Shown here piece after piece: positions 35,406 to 45,726 of a DNA stretch of 64,000 nt. How positions within the stretch are numbered: position 1 is the stretch's first letter; each line of letters starts with the position of its first letter. A model generated the notes under the pieces. That model saw nothing but the letters and a program-made list of their open reading frames with translations. It was not told where the DNA came from and did not search any database. Source of the DNA: Alphaproteobacteria bacterium (GTDB lineage Bacteria; Pseudomonadota; Alphaproteobacteria; UBA2966); contig OZ219858.1 of NCBI GenBank assembly GCA_964291395.2, positions 672,001 to 736,000 of the forward strand. The letters are read 5' to 3'. A program made the position numbers and the translations under genes.

Positions 35406-35903
35406 TTAGCGATGGGATTGCCTCCGGTGTGCCGCTTCCGTCCCGTCGATCCCGAGACGCTCCGTGACTCTCTTGCGCGCCGCGCCCCGATCACGGTCGG
35501 ATACATATATGAGGCCGCCGATGCGGCGCAACAGGTTTGCTTCATAGTCGTGCAACACGCCATCGGCGTAAACAACCTCCCAAAGCATCTCGATGATCGC
35601 GATTCGCTCCTCGGGGGGATAGGTCTCCTTGATCGTGCGCGTGAAGCGAACGAGATGGTTGCTGTCGTCGTGAACGGCTTCCGCCTCGGCGACAAGGTCG
35701 TCCGCCTCGGCATCATCCAGCCCGAAGTGTCTGATGACGAGCGACCGGATCGATTGCCGTTCCGACCGATCGAAGTCTCCGTCCAGCCGGGCCGCCTCGA
35801 CCATCAGGACCGCCGCCGCCAGCGCGTGAACCTCGACGGTGTCCTGCGCTTCCAGGTTTCCGGCGTCGATGCCGCTGAAGAGGTTCTTGATTCGATTGAT
35901 CAC
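35406..35903 (-). CDS. TerB family (tellurite resistance-like) protein
   Basis: A.LM.E.A..DG, LWEVVYADG..H.YE..L.RRI..L. Confidence 0.82.
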   Translation of the reverse strand: MINRIKNLFSGIDAGNLEAQDTVEVHALAAAVLMVEAARLDGDFDRSERQSIRSLVIRHFGLDDAEADDLVAEAEAVHDDSNHLVRFTRTIKETYPPEERIAIIEMLWEVVYADGVLHDYEANLLRRIGGLIYVSDRDRGAARKRVTERLGIDGTEAAHRRQSHR

Positions 35904-35912
35904 GGTTTCCGC

Positions 35913-36177
35913 CTAACACAGTGCACAGCGGGCATTCAAGCCAAGACCCGGCATCACGGGCTCGACCGGGTGGGCTGGATGTTCACCCTCACCGCCGCCC
36001 ACAACCTGGTCCGGCCACCCAAACTCATCGCCAAGGAACCGACGTGATGCCCGGGAGCCGCCCAACGCCCTCCCATCCCCGCCGCGATCGAACCCCGAAC
36101 CCAATCCACTCCATCAACAGCCCGTCCAAACCAACCAACCCGGGCCGCAAACCACCAGTTCTTCAGCACCCTGCTAG
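35913..36177 (+). mobile_element. Internally deleted IS5-family element (transposase C-terminal fragment plus right end)
   Basis: KTRHHGLDRVGWMFTLTAAHNLVRPPKL matches IS5-family C-termini; right end TTCTTCAGCACCCTGCTAG; partial left end CTAACACAGTGC. Confidence 0.7.
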
Positions 36178-36539
36178 CCCTTGCCCACGAACCTCATGAT
36201 GTCGCGTCGGTCCGCTTTGGTGGGTCGACCGGCGCCGCTGCCGCGGCGTGCCGGCCCAGTCTGATCAGGGTCCGACGGCCCGGACAGATCCTCGAACAGG
36301 GTTTTGGCCTCCGCCGCGGGGCCGCGGCGGAAACCGAGCTCCGCCACCCTGACGACGCGAATTTCACGGCCTTGGGGAAACGTCAGGACGTCGCCGGCCC
36401 GTACCCGATGATTGGGCTTGGTAACGATCGTACCATTCACACGAACCCGCCGTTCCGCACAAATCTTCGCCGCCAGAGAGCGACTCCTGAAAAACCGCGC
36501 GAACCAGAGCCAGCGGTCGATGCGCAGCGACTCGCTCAT
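36174..36539 (-). CDS. RNA-binding S4 domain protein (Hsp15-like)
   Basis: RIDRWLWFARFF.SRSLA, RRGPA.EA..L.E. Confidence 0.88.
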   Translation of the reverse strand: MSESLRIDRWLWFARFFRSRSLAAKICAERRVRVNGTIVTKPNHRVRAGDVLTFPQGREIRVVRVAELGFRRGPAAEAKTLFEDLSGPSDPDQTGPARRGSGAGRPTKADRRDIMRFVGKG

Positions 36540-39079
36540 TTCCTCCTTCGTTCGGCCGCCACCGCCAGTTCGCCCAGTGCGGCAAAAGGGGAGTCCGAAC
36601 TCGCGGAACCCCTCGTCGTCCGCTTCGTCACGGCTTTGGCTTTCGCCGGACGCCGGTATGATCTCATGAAGACCCCTGGCTGTTCCGGCTTCGGGCGATA
36701 TCCCAGGTCTCGCATCACCCGCGCGAATTCCTCTCCCGAGCACCCGGCCAACGCCGTCAGGTCCTCACTTTCGCGGACAACGGATTTCCGGGTTTGCTTA
36801 TGGACGGCACCCGTCAATCGTTCGGCAGCGTCGGCACGGATGGCCCGGCGGCCGAGGCGAACGTACCCCGCCGCTCCGTAAAAACCGGAAGGCACGCCTT
36901 TCTGGGCCGACACGGACTGTCGCGGCGCCGGAGTGCTCCGCGGTGTCGCGGCAGGATTCCGATGCAATTGCCAGAGCTGAGCCGCCAAAGCACTGCGCTC
37001 CGGTCGAAGCATGGCGGGCAGAAAAATGCTGTTCGCGCCGAACCGCACGCCCTGTCGCCGCATCGCCGCACGTTCCACCCTCGTGAGTTGGCTGAGCTGG
37101 TTCTCGACGGCCGGGCGAGGTAGAAGTCCCATCGATTCCCGCATCTGAAACAGAATGCCCCGGCCGGCAGCGTCCACCTCCGTCTCCGTCAAGCGGGCGA
37201 GCGGCCGGAGCGTGCGCCCAATGTAATCCACCAGCCAGCGCTCAAGCCGTTTCCGGACGTGTCGGGCCCATTCCCCGTCGAGTTCCGACGGAAGCAACGC
37301 GACGCCGGGATGGAGGGCATCCTTGCCCGGCGTCAGGCGCGCGAGCGGGGATCCTCTCCAGTCGAGAGTTCGGTCCGATGTCAGCGTGATCGCCTTGTCG
37401 CCAGCCGAGGCCAGCTCTTTGGCCCGTAACTGGATCTCCCGAGAAACAACGCGCGATGCCGCAGCGCGCAGGCCGCGATTCCCGGCCGGAAGCGCGGTGC
37501 GGTCGGGAACGAAGCGGAGCCCCTCGATATGCCCGAGGGCATACCCCTCCACGACGACCGCGTCATCATCGCCCACATGCCCATAGACGGGCTGTTTCCC
37601 GTTCATCCGACGCAACAGTGCCGAAGTGCGCTCGTCCACGAATCTCTGCGTCAGCCGATCGTGAAGGGCGTCGGACAGCCCGTCCTCGACCGCGCGGGAG
37701 CGTTCCTGCCAATGCCGCGCGTCGGACAACCATTCACTGCGATACGAGATGTACGTCCACGTTCGGACATGGGCGATCCGTGCGGCGAGCGTATCGATGT
37801 CCCCATCGGTCCGGTCGAGGCGGGAGACGTGATCAGCGACCCAATCCGTCGGAAGCACACCCGCGGGCGACATGACGTGCCGATAGATTCGGCCAAGCAG
37901 CCGTGTGTGCGCTTCCGCCATCGTCTTTCGGAAGTCGGGGATCTGGCACACCTCCCACAGCGTCTTCACGGCTGCGCGGCCCTTGGCAAGCGCTGAAATC
38001 TCGGGCTCCGCGACCAGCGACTTGAGCACCAAATAGTCATCGGCGTCGCGCGCTCGGGCGAGGACATTGCGATGGGTCGCGGGTGGCGCCGCCTCGAGGC
38101 TGGCTATCAGGCTGCGGGCGGACGTAACGTCAAGAGCTACGTTTCGCCACTGGATGGTCTCGACGCGACCGAACTGATGGTTTTCGACGCGCTCGACGAT
38201 CTCGGGCGCCATGGATCCGGAGTCAGCCGTGGTTCCGAACGTCCCGTCACGCATATGGCGTCCCGCCCGTCCGGCGATCTGGCCGATTTCAGCCGGGGTC
38301 AGATCGCGACGGCTGAAGCCGTCGTATTTGTCGAGCTCGGCGAACGCAACGTGGTCCACGTTCAGATTAAGGCCCATGCCGACGGCGTCCGTGGCGACGA
38401 GGTAGTCGACGTCGCCGGCCTCGAACATGGCGACCTGCGCGTTGCGCGTGCGCGGACTGAGGGCGCCGAGAACGACAGCCGCGCCGCCCCTGTGCCGGCG
38501 GATCAGTTCCGCTGTCGCGTAGACGCCGGGTGCGGAAAAGGAAACGACCACGCTTCGTTTCGGCAATCTCGAGAGTTTCTTCCGCCCCGTGAAGGTAAGC
38601 GTGGAAAACCGCGGGCGCGAAACGAATTGCGAGTCCGGAACCAAGCGTCTGATGATCGGGCGCATGGTCTCCGCTCCCAAAAACATCGTCTCTTCGATGC
38701 CGCGCGCCCTGAGCAACCGGTCGGTGAACACGTGCCCGCGTTCGCCGTCGGCGGTGAGTTGAATCTCGTCCACGGCGAGGAACGCGAACCGTCGGTCCAT
38801 GGGCATGGCCTCGACCGTGCACAGGAAATAGTCGGCGTTGGCGGGAACGATTTTCTCCTCGCCCGTGACCAGGGCGACGCGGGAGCGGCCTACGGACGCG
38901 GCCACCCTGTCGTAGATCTCCCTGGCCAACAACCTCAGGGGCAGCCCGATGATGCCTGTACGGTGGCCGAGCATTCGCTCCACCGCAAAATGCGTCTTGC
39001 CCGTGTTCGTGGGGCCAAGCAGGGCGGTGATCCGACCGGACGCGCCATTGGGACCAACGGAACTCATCCCGCTTAACAT
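36536..39079 (-). CDS. SUV3-like superfamily 2 helicase
   Basis: GPTNTGKT, DEIQ, ATDAVGMGLN, QIAGRAGR. Confidence 0.92.
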   Translation of the reverse strand: MLSGMSSVGPNGASGRITALLGPTNTGKTHFAVERMLGHRTGIIGLPLRLLAREIYDRVAASVGRSRVALVTGEEKIVPANADYFLCTVEAMPMDRRFAFLAVDEIQLTADGERGHVFTDRLLRARGIEETMFLGAETMRPIIRRLVPDSQFVSRPRFSTLTFTGRKKLSRLPKRSVVVSFSAPGVYATAELIRRHRGGAAVVLGALSPRTRNAQVAMFEAGDVDYLVATDAVGMGLNLNVDHVAFAELDKYDGFSRRDLTPAEIGQIAGRAGRHMRDGTFGTTADSGSMAPEIVERVENHQFGRVETIQWRNVALDVTSARSLIASLEAAPPATHRNVLARARDADDYLVLKSLVAEPEISALAKGRAAVKTLWEVCQIPDFRKTMAEAHTRLLGRIYRHVMSPAGVLPTDWVADHVSRLDRTDGDIDTLAARIAHVRTWTYISYRSEWLSDARHWQERSRAVEDGLSDALHDRLTQRFVDERTSALLRRMNGKQPVYGHVGDDDAVVVEGYALGHIEGLRFVPDRTALPAGNRGLRAAASRVVSREIQLRAKELASAGDKAITLTSDRTLDWRGSPLARLTPGKDALHPGVALLPSELDGEWARHVRKRLERWLVDYIGRTLRPLARLTETEVDAAGRGILFQMRESMGLLPRPAVENQLSQLTRVERAAMRRQGVRFGANSIFLPAMLRPERSALAAQLWQLHRNPAATPRSTPAPRQSVSAQKGVPSGFYGAAGYVRLGRRAIRADAAERLTGAVHKQTRKSVVRESEDLTALAGCSGEEFARVMRDLGYRPKPEQPGVFMRSYRRPAKAKAVTKRTTRGSASSDSPFAALGELAVAAERRRK

Positions 39080-39249
39080 CGGCCCTCACGGCCCGAGATG
39101 CAACAATCGGCTCCGCGAGGACGTGATCCCCGGCCTGTCGCCGCGAATTTTCCCGAGCGGTGTGGAGGGTCTAGCCCTCGGGCCCCTCCCTCGAACCCGG
39201 TGCCGGCCATCGTCCACGGCTCATGAGCGCCGCCGATCGGTCGTCGGGA

Positions 39250-40134
39250 TCAGGCCAGCTTCGTTACTTCGAGCGCGCACAGGGTCTCGATGAGTTTCGC
39301 CATGTGGGACTTCACGGTCCGCATGCGAGGAAGCCGCCGGATTTCGGTTTCATCCATGTAGAGCGCCCGGTTGATCTCGATCTGAAGGGCATGCACGCCA
39401 TCCGCCGGCCTACCATAGTGGCGAGTGACGTAGCCCCCGGCGTAGGGCGTGTTGCGGCGTACGGCGTATCCGAGAGAGGTCAGCAATTCTTCGACGGCAT
39501 CCGTCAGAGCGGGCAGGCAGCTCGTGCCGTAACGGTCGCCCAAGATGACATCCGCCCGCTCGCGGCCCGAATCCTTGTCCATGGGGCCGCCTACGGAGGG
39601 CATCGAATGGCAGTCGATGAGCACCGCGTGCCTGAAGGCATGACGCGTCGATTCCAGCAAGTCGGCAAGGGCGCGGTGATAAGGCAGATAGAACTCGTTG
39701 ACGCGCCGCACGGCGTCCGAGAACCGGAGCTTACCACCGTAGATTTCCGCGCCGCTCGAGACGACGCGGGCGATGGTTCCGAGGCCTCCGGCCACTCTGT
39801 AGGATCGTGTGTTCACATAGTCCGGCAGCTCCTCCTCGAACATCGTCGGGTCGAGCTCCCAGGCCTCCCGGTTGACGTCCAGATAGGCGCGCGGGAAGTT
39901 CGCGCGTATCAGAGGAACGCCATGGGACGGCGCATCTCCGAACAGTTCATCGACGAAACTGTCCTCGGACTTTCTCAGACTGTGGGGGTCGAGGCGCGAT
40001 GCCGCGAGAAGATCGTCCGGGTAGTCGGAACCGCTGTGGGGTGAGGCGAAGACGTATGGCGACGACGCCCGCCGCGGTGTGAACACCTCAAACGGGGGCG
40101 GTGCAAAATCTATCACCGCCTCAGGCACAGCCAC
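39250..40134 (-). CDS. N-formylglutamate amidohydrolase family protein
   Basis: SPHSG, RAYLDVNR, DCHSMP, PYAGG, QIEINR.LY. Confidence 0.9.
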   Translation of the reverse strand: MAVPEAVIDFAPPPFEVFTPRRASSPYVFASPHSGSDYPDDLLAASRLDPHSLRKSEDSFVDELFGDAPSHGVPLIRANFPRAYLDVNREAWELDPTMFEEELPDYVNTRSYRVAGGLGTIARVVSSGAEIYGGKLRFSDAVRRVNEFYLPYHRALADLLESTRHAFRHAVLIDCHSMPSVGGPMDKDSGRERADVILGDRYGTSCLPALTDAVEELLTSLGYAVRRNTPYAGGYVTRHYGRPADGVHALQIEINRALYMDETEIRRLPRMRTVKSHMAKLIETLCALEVTKLA

Positions 40135-40339
40135 GACTTGACTATGTAGGCCGTGGCGTGCCCGCGGGCAAGCGAAAGCACGAGCGGGCCGGCGTTTTTT
40201 TGCACCTACCCCTGATTTGCGGACGGTGAAGACGCACCCCTTGCCTTGTCCGTGCGATCAAATTAAAACGCGACTCCCGTGTATTGCCCGGCAAACTTCA
40301 TGCCTGTGCCGGGTGAACAAGCCCGGCAGCGCGGAGAAT

Positions 40340-40414
40340 GGGCGCGTAGCTCAGCGGGAGAGCACTTCGGTGACATCGAAGGGGTCGTAAGTTCAATCCT
40401 TACCGCGCCCACCA
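40340..40414 (+). tRNA. tRNA-Val (anticodon GAC)
   Basis: GGGCGCGTAGCTCAGCGGGAGAGCACTTCGGTGACATCGAAGGGGTCGTAAGTTCAATCCTTACCGCGCCCACCA; cloverleaf with CCA. Confidence 0.97.
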
Positions 40415-40578
40415 CCTTCCTCTTGATGTAAGTCAACGGCGTCTTCGATCCCGGCCTTACGCCGGGCGTTCGGAAAGAGTCCACGCGGGAAGCTCCTGAG
40501 CGACTTCTTCCGGGAGGCGCGAGCGTGGCCGCCGCAGCCGGGCGCGGGTCGCGGAAACCTGACGGACGGGCGTCAAAC

Positions 40579-40607
40579 TTGACAGGCTCCGCCGCCCTAC
40601 CTATGTT
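40579..40607 (+). promoter_or_regulatory. Sigma70 promoter of rpmJ
   Basis: TTGACA-N17-TATGTT upstream of ATG 40645. Confidence 0.65.
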
Positions 40608-40644
40608 TCGCGCCCGTCCGAGGCCGGTTGGACGCCGTGAGCGC

Positions 40645-40770
40645 ATGAAGGTTGTCAATTCATTGAAGACCGCGAAGAAGCGGCACCGCAATTGCCGGGT
40701 GGTGCGCCGCCGCGGCCGCGTATACGTGATCAACAAGACGAACCGGCGATTCAAGGCGCGGCAGGGTTAA
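40645..40770 (+). CDS. rpmJ: 50S ribosomal protein L36 (zinc-free type B)
   Basis: [41 protein letters not shown]. Confidence 0.96.
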   Translation: MKVVNSLKTAKKRHRNCRVVRRRGRVYVINKTNRRFKARQG

Positions 40771-41016
40771 ACCCCACCTGCACCCGATCGGCTCGAACCG
40801 CGCCACGGGCGCGGTTTCATTTTGTGTGGTCGCTGCGCGACATCGAATCCCCTGACACCCGTTCCCTCGGTGCGGATCGACGGTTCGCCGTCATGAGCGG
40901 CAAGGAACTCCGAGGCGACTCCGGTCAAACCGGAACCGCTCTGGCGATCCCAATCCCCCCGTCGTATGGTTCCGCAAAGCGGAACGTGTCACAGCGCATG
41001 TGGATGGGAGCGGATC

Positions 41017-42504
41017 ATGAGAATGCCGGAACCCGATGCCGACGTCATCGCCGGGCGAAACGCGCTTGTCGCCTCCCTTCGCGGTGTCCTGGCCGATGAG
41101 GGTGTGATCTGGAGCGACAACGAGCTCAAGGCCTATGAATGTGACGGCTTGACCGCTTACCGGCAGGTTCCTCTCGCCGTCGTGCTCCCGGAAAATACGC
41201 GGCAGGTATCGCAAGTCCTCGAGATTTGTTCCGAGCACGGCGCCAAGGTGGTTCCCCGAGGCGCCGGCACATCCCTGTCCGGGGGCGCCATGCCGCTGGC
41301 CGACGGCGTGCTCCTCGGCCTTGGAAAGTTCAATCGCATTTTGGAAGTCGACTATGAGAATCGCTGCGCGGTCGTGCAGCCGGGCGTTTCCAACCTGGCG
41401 ATCAGCGAGGCTGTGGCGGATGCGGGCTTTTACTACGCGCCCGACCCCTCAAGCCAGATCGTGTGCACGATCGGAGGGAACGTCGCGGAGAACTCCGGGG
41501 GCGTCCACTGCCTCAAGTACGGTGTCACGACCAACAATATCCTGGGCCTCGAAATCGTTCTCATGAACGGCGAGGTCATCCGCCTGGGCGGCAGGCACCT
41601 CGACCCGGAGGGCTATGACCTGATGGGGGTGGTGACGGGATCGGAAGGCCTGCTGGGCGTCATCACCGAGGTGACGGTACGGATTCTCAAGAAACCGGAA
41701 GTTGCCCGAGCAGTGCTGGTCGGGTTTCCCGATATCGAGGACGGCGGCCAGTTCGTGGCCGACGTCATCGCCGCGGGGATCATTCCCGGCGGCATGGAGA
41801 TGATGGACAAACCCGCAATCCATGCCGCCGAAGAATTTTGCCAAGCGGGCTATCCGATGGACGTGGAGGCCCTGGTGATCGTCGAGCTCGACGGTCACGC
41901 CATCGAGGTCGACCACCTGATCGAACAAGTCGAAAACATCGCCCACCAATGCCGCGCGTCTTCCGTACGGACCAGCCGGTCGGAGGAGGAACGCCTCGCA
42001 TTCTGGCTCGGACGCAAGTCGGCCTTCGGCGCGGTCGGACGAATTTCACCGGACTACTACTGCATGGACGGGACCATCCCGCGGCGCGCACTCCCGGAGG
42101 TCTTGCGGCGTACCGCCCAGATGTCGGCCCGGTTCGGTCTTCGCGTCGCCAACGTGTTCCACGCCGGGGACGGGAATCTGCATCCGCTGATCCTCTATGA
42201 CGCCAACGTGCCTGGCGAGCTGGAAAAGGCGGAGGAGTTCGGGGCCGAGATCCTGAAACTGTGCGTCGAGATGGGAGGCGTGCTGACCGGCGAACACGGG
42301 GTCGGCGTGGAGAAGCGGGACCTCATGGGCGAGATGTTCACCGACGCCGATCTGGAGCAGCAGCAGCGCCTGAAATGCGCCTTCGATCCTGAAGGATCGT
42401 TGAATCCGGGCAAGGTGTTCCCCACCCTTCACCGCTGCGCCGAGCTCGGCCGCATGCACATTCATCGCGGCCAGCTGCCGTTTCCCGACCTCCCGCGCTT
42501 CTAG
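41017..42504 (+). CDS. glcD: Glycolate oxidase subunit GlcD
   Basis: PRGAGTSLSGG, PDPSSQ..CTIGGN, HAGDGNLHP, GEHGVG.EK. Confidence 0.93.
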   Translation: MRMPEPDADVIAGRNALVASLRGVLADEGVIWSDNELKAYECDGLTAYRQVPLAVVLPENTRQVSQVLEICSEHGAKVVPRGAGTSLSGGAMPLADGVLLGLGKFNRILEVDYENRCAVVQPGVSNLAISEAVADAGFYYAPDPSSQIVCTIGGNVAENSGGVHCLKYGVTTNNILGLEIVLMNGEVIRLGGRHLDPEGYDLMGVVTGSEGLLGVITEVTVRILKKPEVARAVLVGFPDIEDGGQFVADVIAAGIIPGGMEMMDKPAIHAAEEFCQAGYPMDVEALVIVELDGHAIEVDHLIEQVENIAHQCRASSVRTSRSEEERLAFWLGRKSAFGAVGRISPDYYCMDGTIPRRALPEVLRRTAQMSARFGLRVANVFHAGDGNLHPLILYDANVPGELEKAEEFGAEILKLCVEMGGVLTGEHGVGVEKRDLMGEMFTDADLEQQQRLKCAFDPEGSLNPGKVFPTLHRCAELGRMHIHRGQLPFPDLPRF

Positions 42505-42519
42505 GGGCGCCGCGGCGAC

Positions 42520-43752
42520 ATGTCGGAGACCTTCCGACCGCGCGATGCCGACGAGGTCCGCGAGATCGTGGCGTGGGCGGCGGCAGAGGAACGCCCCCTG
42601 GAGATCCGGGGCCGCGGATCCAAGCGAGGCCTTGGGCGCCCAATGGCCAGCTGCGACGTGCTCGAGATCTCCGGTCTCAGCGGCGTGACCTACTATGAAC
42701 CGACCGAGCTGGTGCTGGCCGCCGCCGCCGGCACGCCCCTCGCCGCCGTCGAGTCGGAACTCGCCCAAAACCATCAGCGACTTGCGTTCGAGCCGGTGGA
42801 TTATGGCCCGGTCACGGGCGGACCGGCGGACCGCTCGACGATCGGGGGCATCGTCGCCTGCAACATCTCGGGACCGCGGCGAGTCCAGGCCGGAGCGGCG
42901 CGCGATCACTGCCTGGGCGTGAACGGCGTATCCGGACGGGGAGAAGCCTTCAAGTCCGGAGGGCGGGTGGTCAAAAACGTGACCGGTTACGATCTCCCGA
43001 AGCTGATGACCGGATCCTACGGCACTCTGGCGACTCTGACGGAGGTGACGTTCAAGGTTTTGCCAATTCCGGAGAAAACCCGAACCGTCCTGATCTACGG
43101 ACTCGACCAAGCCACGGGCATCGCGGCACTGGGCAAAGCCTCCGCGAGCGGCCTCGAACCGACGGCGCTCGCCCACCTGCCGGCGTCCGCGGCCTCCCGA
43201 TCAACGGTCGACCATGTCTCGGGGCCGGATAACAGCGTCACCGCGATACGAATCGAAGGCCTGGCTCCATCCGTGAAGGCGCGATGCGCATCATTCCGGG
43301 AATCGTTCGGGTCGGCAGGCGATACCGAGGAGCTTCACGGACACAACTCGGATACGTTGTGGCGGGAGATCGGTGACGTGAAGCTGTTGCCCGCAACCGA
43401 TGGCGTGTTGTGGCGCCTTTCCGTGCCACCGACGACCGCGGCCGGCGTCGTCTCGGAAATTACGGAGGCATTGCCGGAAGCAAGCGATGCCCACGCCATG
43501 TTCGATTGGGCGGGCGGCCTGATCTGGTTGACGATCGAGGGCGTCGAAGATGCGGCCCATGAAATCGCGCGAGGCGCCATTGCCGCCGGGGGTGGACACG
43601 CCACGCTGATTCGGGCGCCCGAGGAGATTCGGGGGCGGGTTCCCGTGTTCCAGCCCCGAGACTCCGGGCTCGCCGCATTGAACGCGAGAGTCAAAAAGGG
43701 ATTCGATCCGCGCGGCATCCTTAATCCCGGCCGCATGTCGGCCGACTACTGA
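42520..43752 (+). CDS. glcE: Glycolate oxidase FAD-binding subunit GlcE
   Basis: YEPTELV, SGPRR...GAARD, GGRVVKNVTGYD. Confidence 0.92.
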   Translation: MSETFRPRDADEVREIVAWAAAEERPLEIRGRGSKRGLGRPMASCDVLEISGLSGVTYYEPTELVLAAAAGTPLAAVESELAQNHQRLAFEPVDYGPVTGGPADRSTIGGIVACNISGPRRVQAGAARDHCLGVNGVSGRGEAFKSGGRVVKNVTGYDLPKLMTGSYGTLATLTEVTFKVLPIPEKTRTVLIYGLDQATGIAALGKASASGLEPTALAHLPASAASRSTVDHVSGPDNSVTAIRIEGLAPSVKARCASFRESFGSAGDTEELHGHNSDTLWREIGDVKLLPATDGVLWRLSVPPTTAAGVVSEITEALPEASDAHAMFDWAGGLIWLTIEGVEDAAHEIARGAIAAGGGHATLIRAPEEIRGRVPVFQPRDSGLAALNARVKKGFDPRGILNPGRMSADY

Positions 43753-43766
43753 GGGGTGGCGGAAAC

Positions 43767-45065
43767 ATGCAGACCCGCTTTTCCGAAGAACAACTTGCCG
43801 ACCCGCTGATCGCGGACGCGAACCGCGTGTTGCGGAAGTGCGTTCACTGCGGATTCTGTCTCGCGACCTGCCCGACCTATGTCCTGCTCGGGGACGAACT
43901 GGATTCACCGCGGGGACGCGTCTATCTCATGAAGGAGATGCTGGAAACCGGCGGTCCCCCTCCGGCGGAAACCGTCAAGCACATCGATCGCTGCCTCTCC
44001 TGTCTGTCGTGCATGTCGACATGCCCCGCCGGGGTCGACTACATGCGCCTCGTCGACCAGACGCGCGTCCATATCGAAGCGACATTCCGCCGGCCCTGGC
44101 AAGACCGCTGGTTGCGGCGCTTTCTGGGCTGGGTGCTGGTCAGGCCGCCGGCGCTTCGCATCGCCATGTCGGCGGGCGGCTTGGCGCGTTGGTTTGCCGC
44201 ATTGATACCGTCGCGCCTGGCGGTCTTGGCACGCCTGTCACCCGGCCTGGTCGGTGGTCCGGCACCGGTCGTCCGTGCCGGTCGCTATCCTTCGAAAGGC
44301 GAACGGCGCATGCGGGTAGCTCTGTTGACCGGCTGCGTCCAATCGGTGACGGGGACGGAGATCCACGAGGCGACGGTGCGCCTCTTGCGGCGGCACGGAT
44401 GCGAGGTGGTGATCACCGAAGGCGCGGGCTGCTGTGGTGCGGTCAATCTTCACCTCGGCGACGAACACGCGGCACTGCAGTCCGCGGAACGAAGCGTCCG
44501 GTCGTGGTGGCGTGAAATCCAGGGTTACGGTCTCGATGCGATCGTCATCAACGCTTCCGGGTGCGGCACCGTGATCAAGGACTATGCACACCTGTTCCGG
44601 AATCGCCCGGAGCTTCAAGAGGCCGCGTCGGCCGTGTCCGAGCGCGCCGTCGACGTCAGCGAGTTGCTATTGCGTCTGGGATTGAAACCGACGCCGGCCA
44701 AATCGAAGGTCGTGGCCTATCACGATGCTTGTTCCCTCCGCCACGGACAGCAACTTACGGAGCCGCCACGCCAGCTGCTCACGGAGGCGGGGTTCGATGT
44801 CCGTTCGCCAACCGAGGGGCACTTGTGTTGCGGTTCCGCCGGCACCTACAACATGCTTCAGCCGGCCATCGCGTCGCAGCTCGGATCGCGCAAAGCCGCG
44901 AATCTGGAACGGGTCGAACCCGATGTCATCGCGGCGGGCAACCTCGGCTGTATCGTGCAGATCGGAGCATATACCGATCTTCCGGTGGTCCATACGGTGG
45001 AACTTCTGGATTGGGCGACGGGCGGTCCCCCACCGCCCGCGATGTCGCAAGGGGCGCGCGCGTGA
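43767..45065 (+). CDS. glcF: Glycolate oxidase iron-sulfur subunit GlcF
   Basis: CVHCGFCLATCP, CLSCLSCMSTCP, CCG domains. Confidence 0.93.
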   Translation: MQTRFSEEQLADPLIADANRVLRKCVHCGFCLATCPTYVLLGDELDSPRGRVYLMKEMLETGGPPPAETVKHIDRCLSCLSCMSTCPAGVDYMRLVDQTRVHIEATFRRPWQDRWLRRFLGWVLVRPPALRIAMSAGGLARWFAALIPSRLAVLARLSPGLVGGPAPVVRAGRYPSKGERRMRVALLTGCVQSVTGTEIHEATVRLLRRHGCEVVITEGAGCCGAVNLHLGDEHAALQSAERSVRSWWREIQGYGLDAIVINASGCGTVIKDYAHLFRNRPELQEAASAVSERAVDVSELLLRLGLKPTPAKSKVVAYHDACSLRHGQQLTEPPRQLLTEAGFDVRSPTEGHLCCGSAGTYNMLQPAIASQLGSRKAANLERVEPDVIAAGNLGCIVQIGAYTDLPVVHTVELLDWATGGPPPPAMSQGARA

Positions 45066-45108
45066 AAGCGTACGTGGAAGTGAATTGGCCGCGACCGCCC
45101 GAGGAAGT

Positions 45109-45681
45109 ATGCTGGCGCGCATGCGGAAATGGCTCACGGCACTCGTCGTGGCGTTCGGTCTTTGGGGACTGACGGTGGCATCATCCGAGGCGCGGCAGGA
45201 AGATCCCCGCCTCGACGAACTCTTCGACCGTCTTCACAACGTCGAAGAGGGTACCGAGGCAAAACTCGTGATGACCCTGATCTGGCGGATCTGGTCGGAA
45301 TCGGGAAGCCCCACGGTCGATCTTCTGTTCTCACGCGGCATTCAGGCCATGAACCGGCAGGAGTTCGATACGGCTTTGGCCATGCTCAACGCCGTGGTCG
45401 AGATCGATCCCGAGTTCTCGGAAGGATGGAACGCGCGTGCGACCCTGCACTACATCATGGGGAACTACGAGCATTCGATTCGTGACATCGATCGCACGCT
45501 GGCGCTCGAGCCGCGCCATTGGGGAGCGTTGTCGGGCCTGGGCATGATCTACCAGGATACCGAACGCGAGAAGGAGGCCATCGAAGCCTATCGCCGCGCG
45601 TTGGCGGCAAATCCGCATCTGCCGGGCGCCAAGTCCGCCATTGAATTCCTCACCCAGAAGGTCAAAGGCCGCGAACTCTAG
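45109..45681 (+). CDS. TPR-containing protein
   Basis: IW..SGS.TVDLL, EGWN.RAT..Y, L.LEPRH.GAL.GLG.I. Confidence 0.8.
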   Translation: MLARMRKWLTALVVAFGLWGLTVASSEARQEDPRLDELFDRLHNVEEGTEAKLVMTLIWRIWSESGSPTVDLLFSRGIQAMNRQEFDTALAMLNAVVEIDPEFSEGWNARATLHYIMGNYEHSIRDIDRTLALEPRHWGALSGLGMIYQDTEREKEAIEAYRRALAANPHLPGAKSAIEFLTQKVKGREL

Positions 45682-45726
45682 AGCGGTTCCAGTTTGACCG
45701 GAACCGCCACGGAGCGGGTTTTCCCG

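Noticed and set aside
40340-40470. Genomic island at tRNA-Val
   Set aside because: No integrase or duplicated tRNA 3' end; core rpmJ follows directly.
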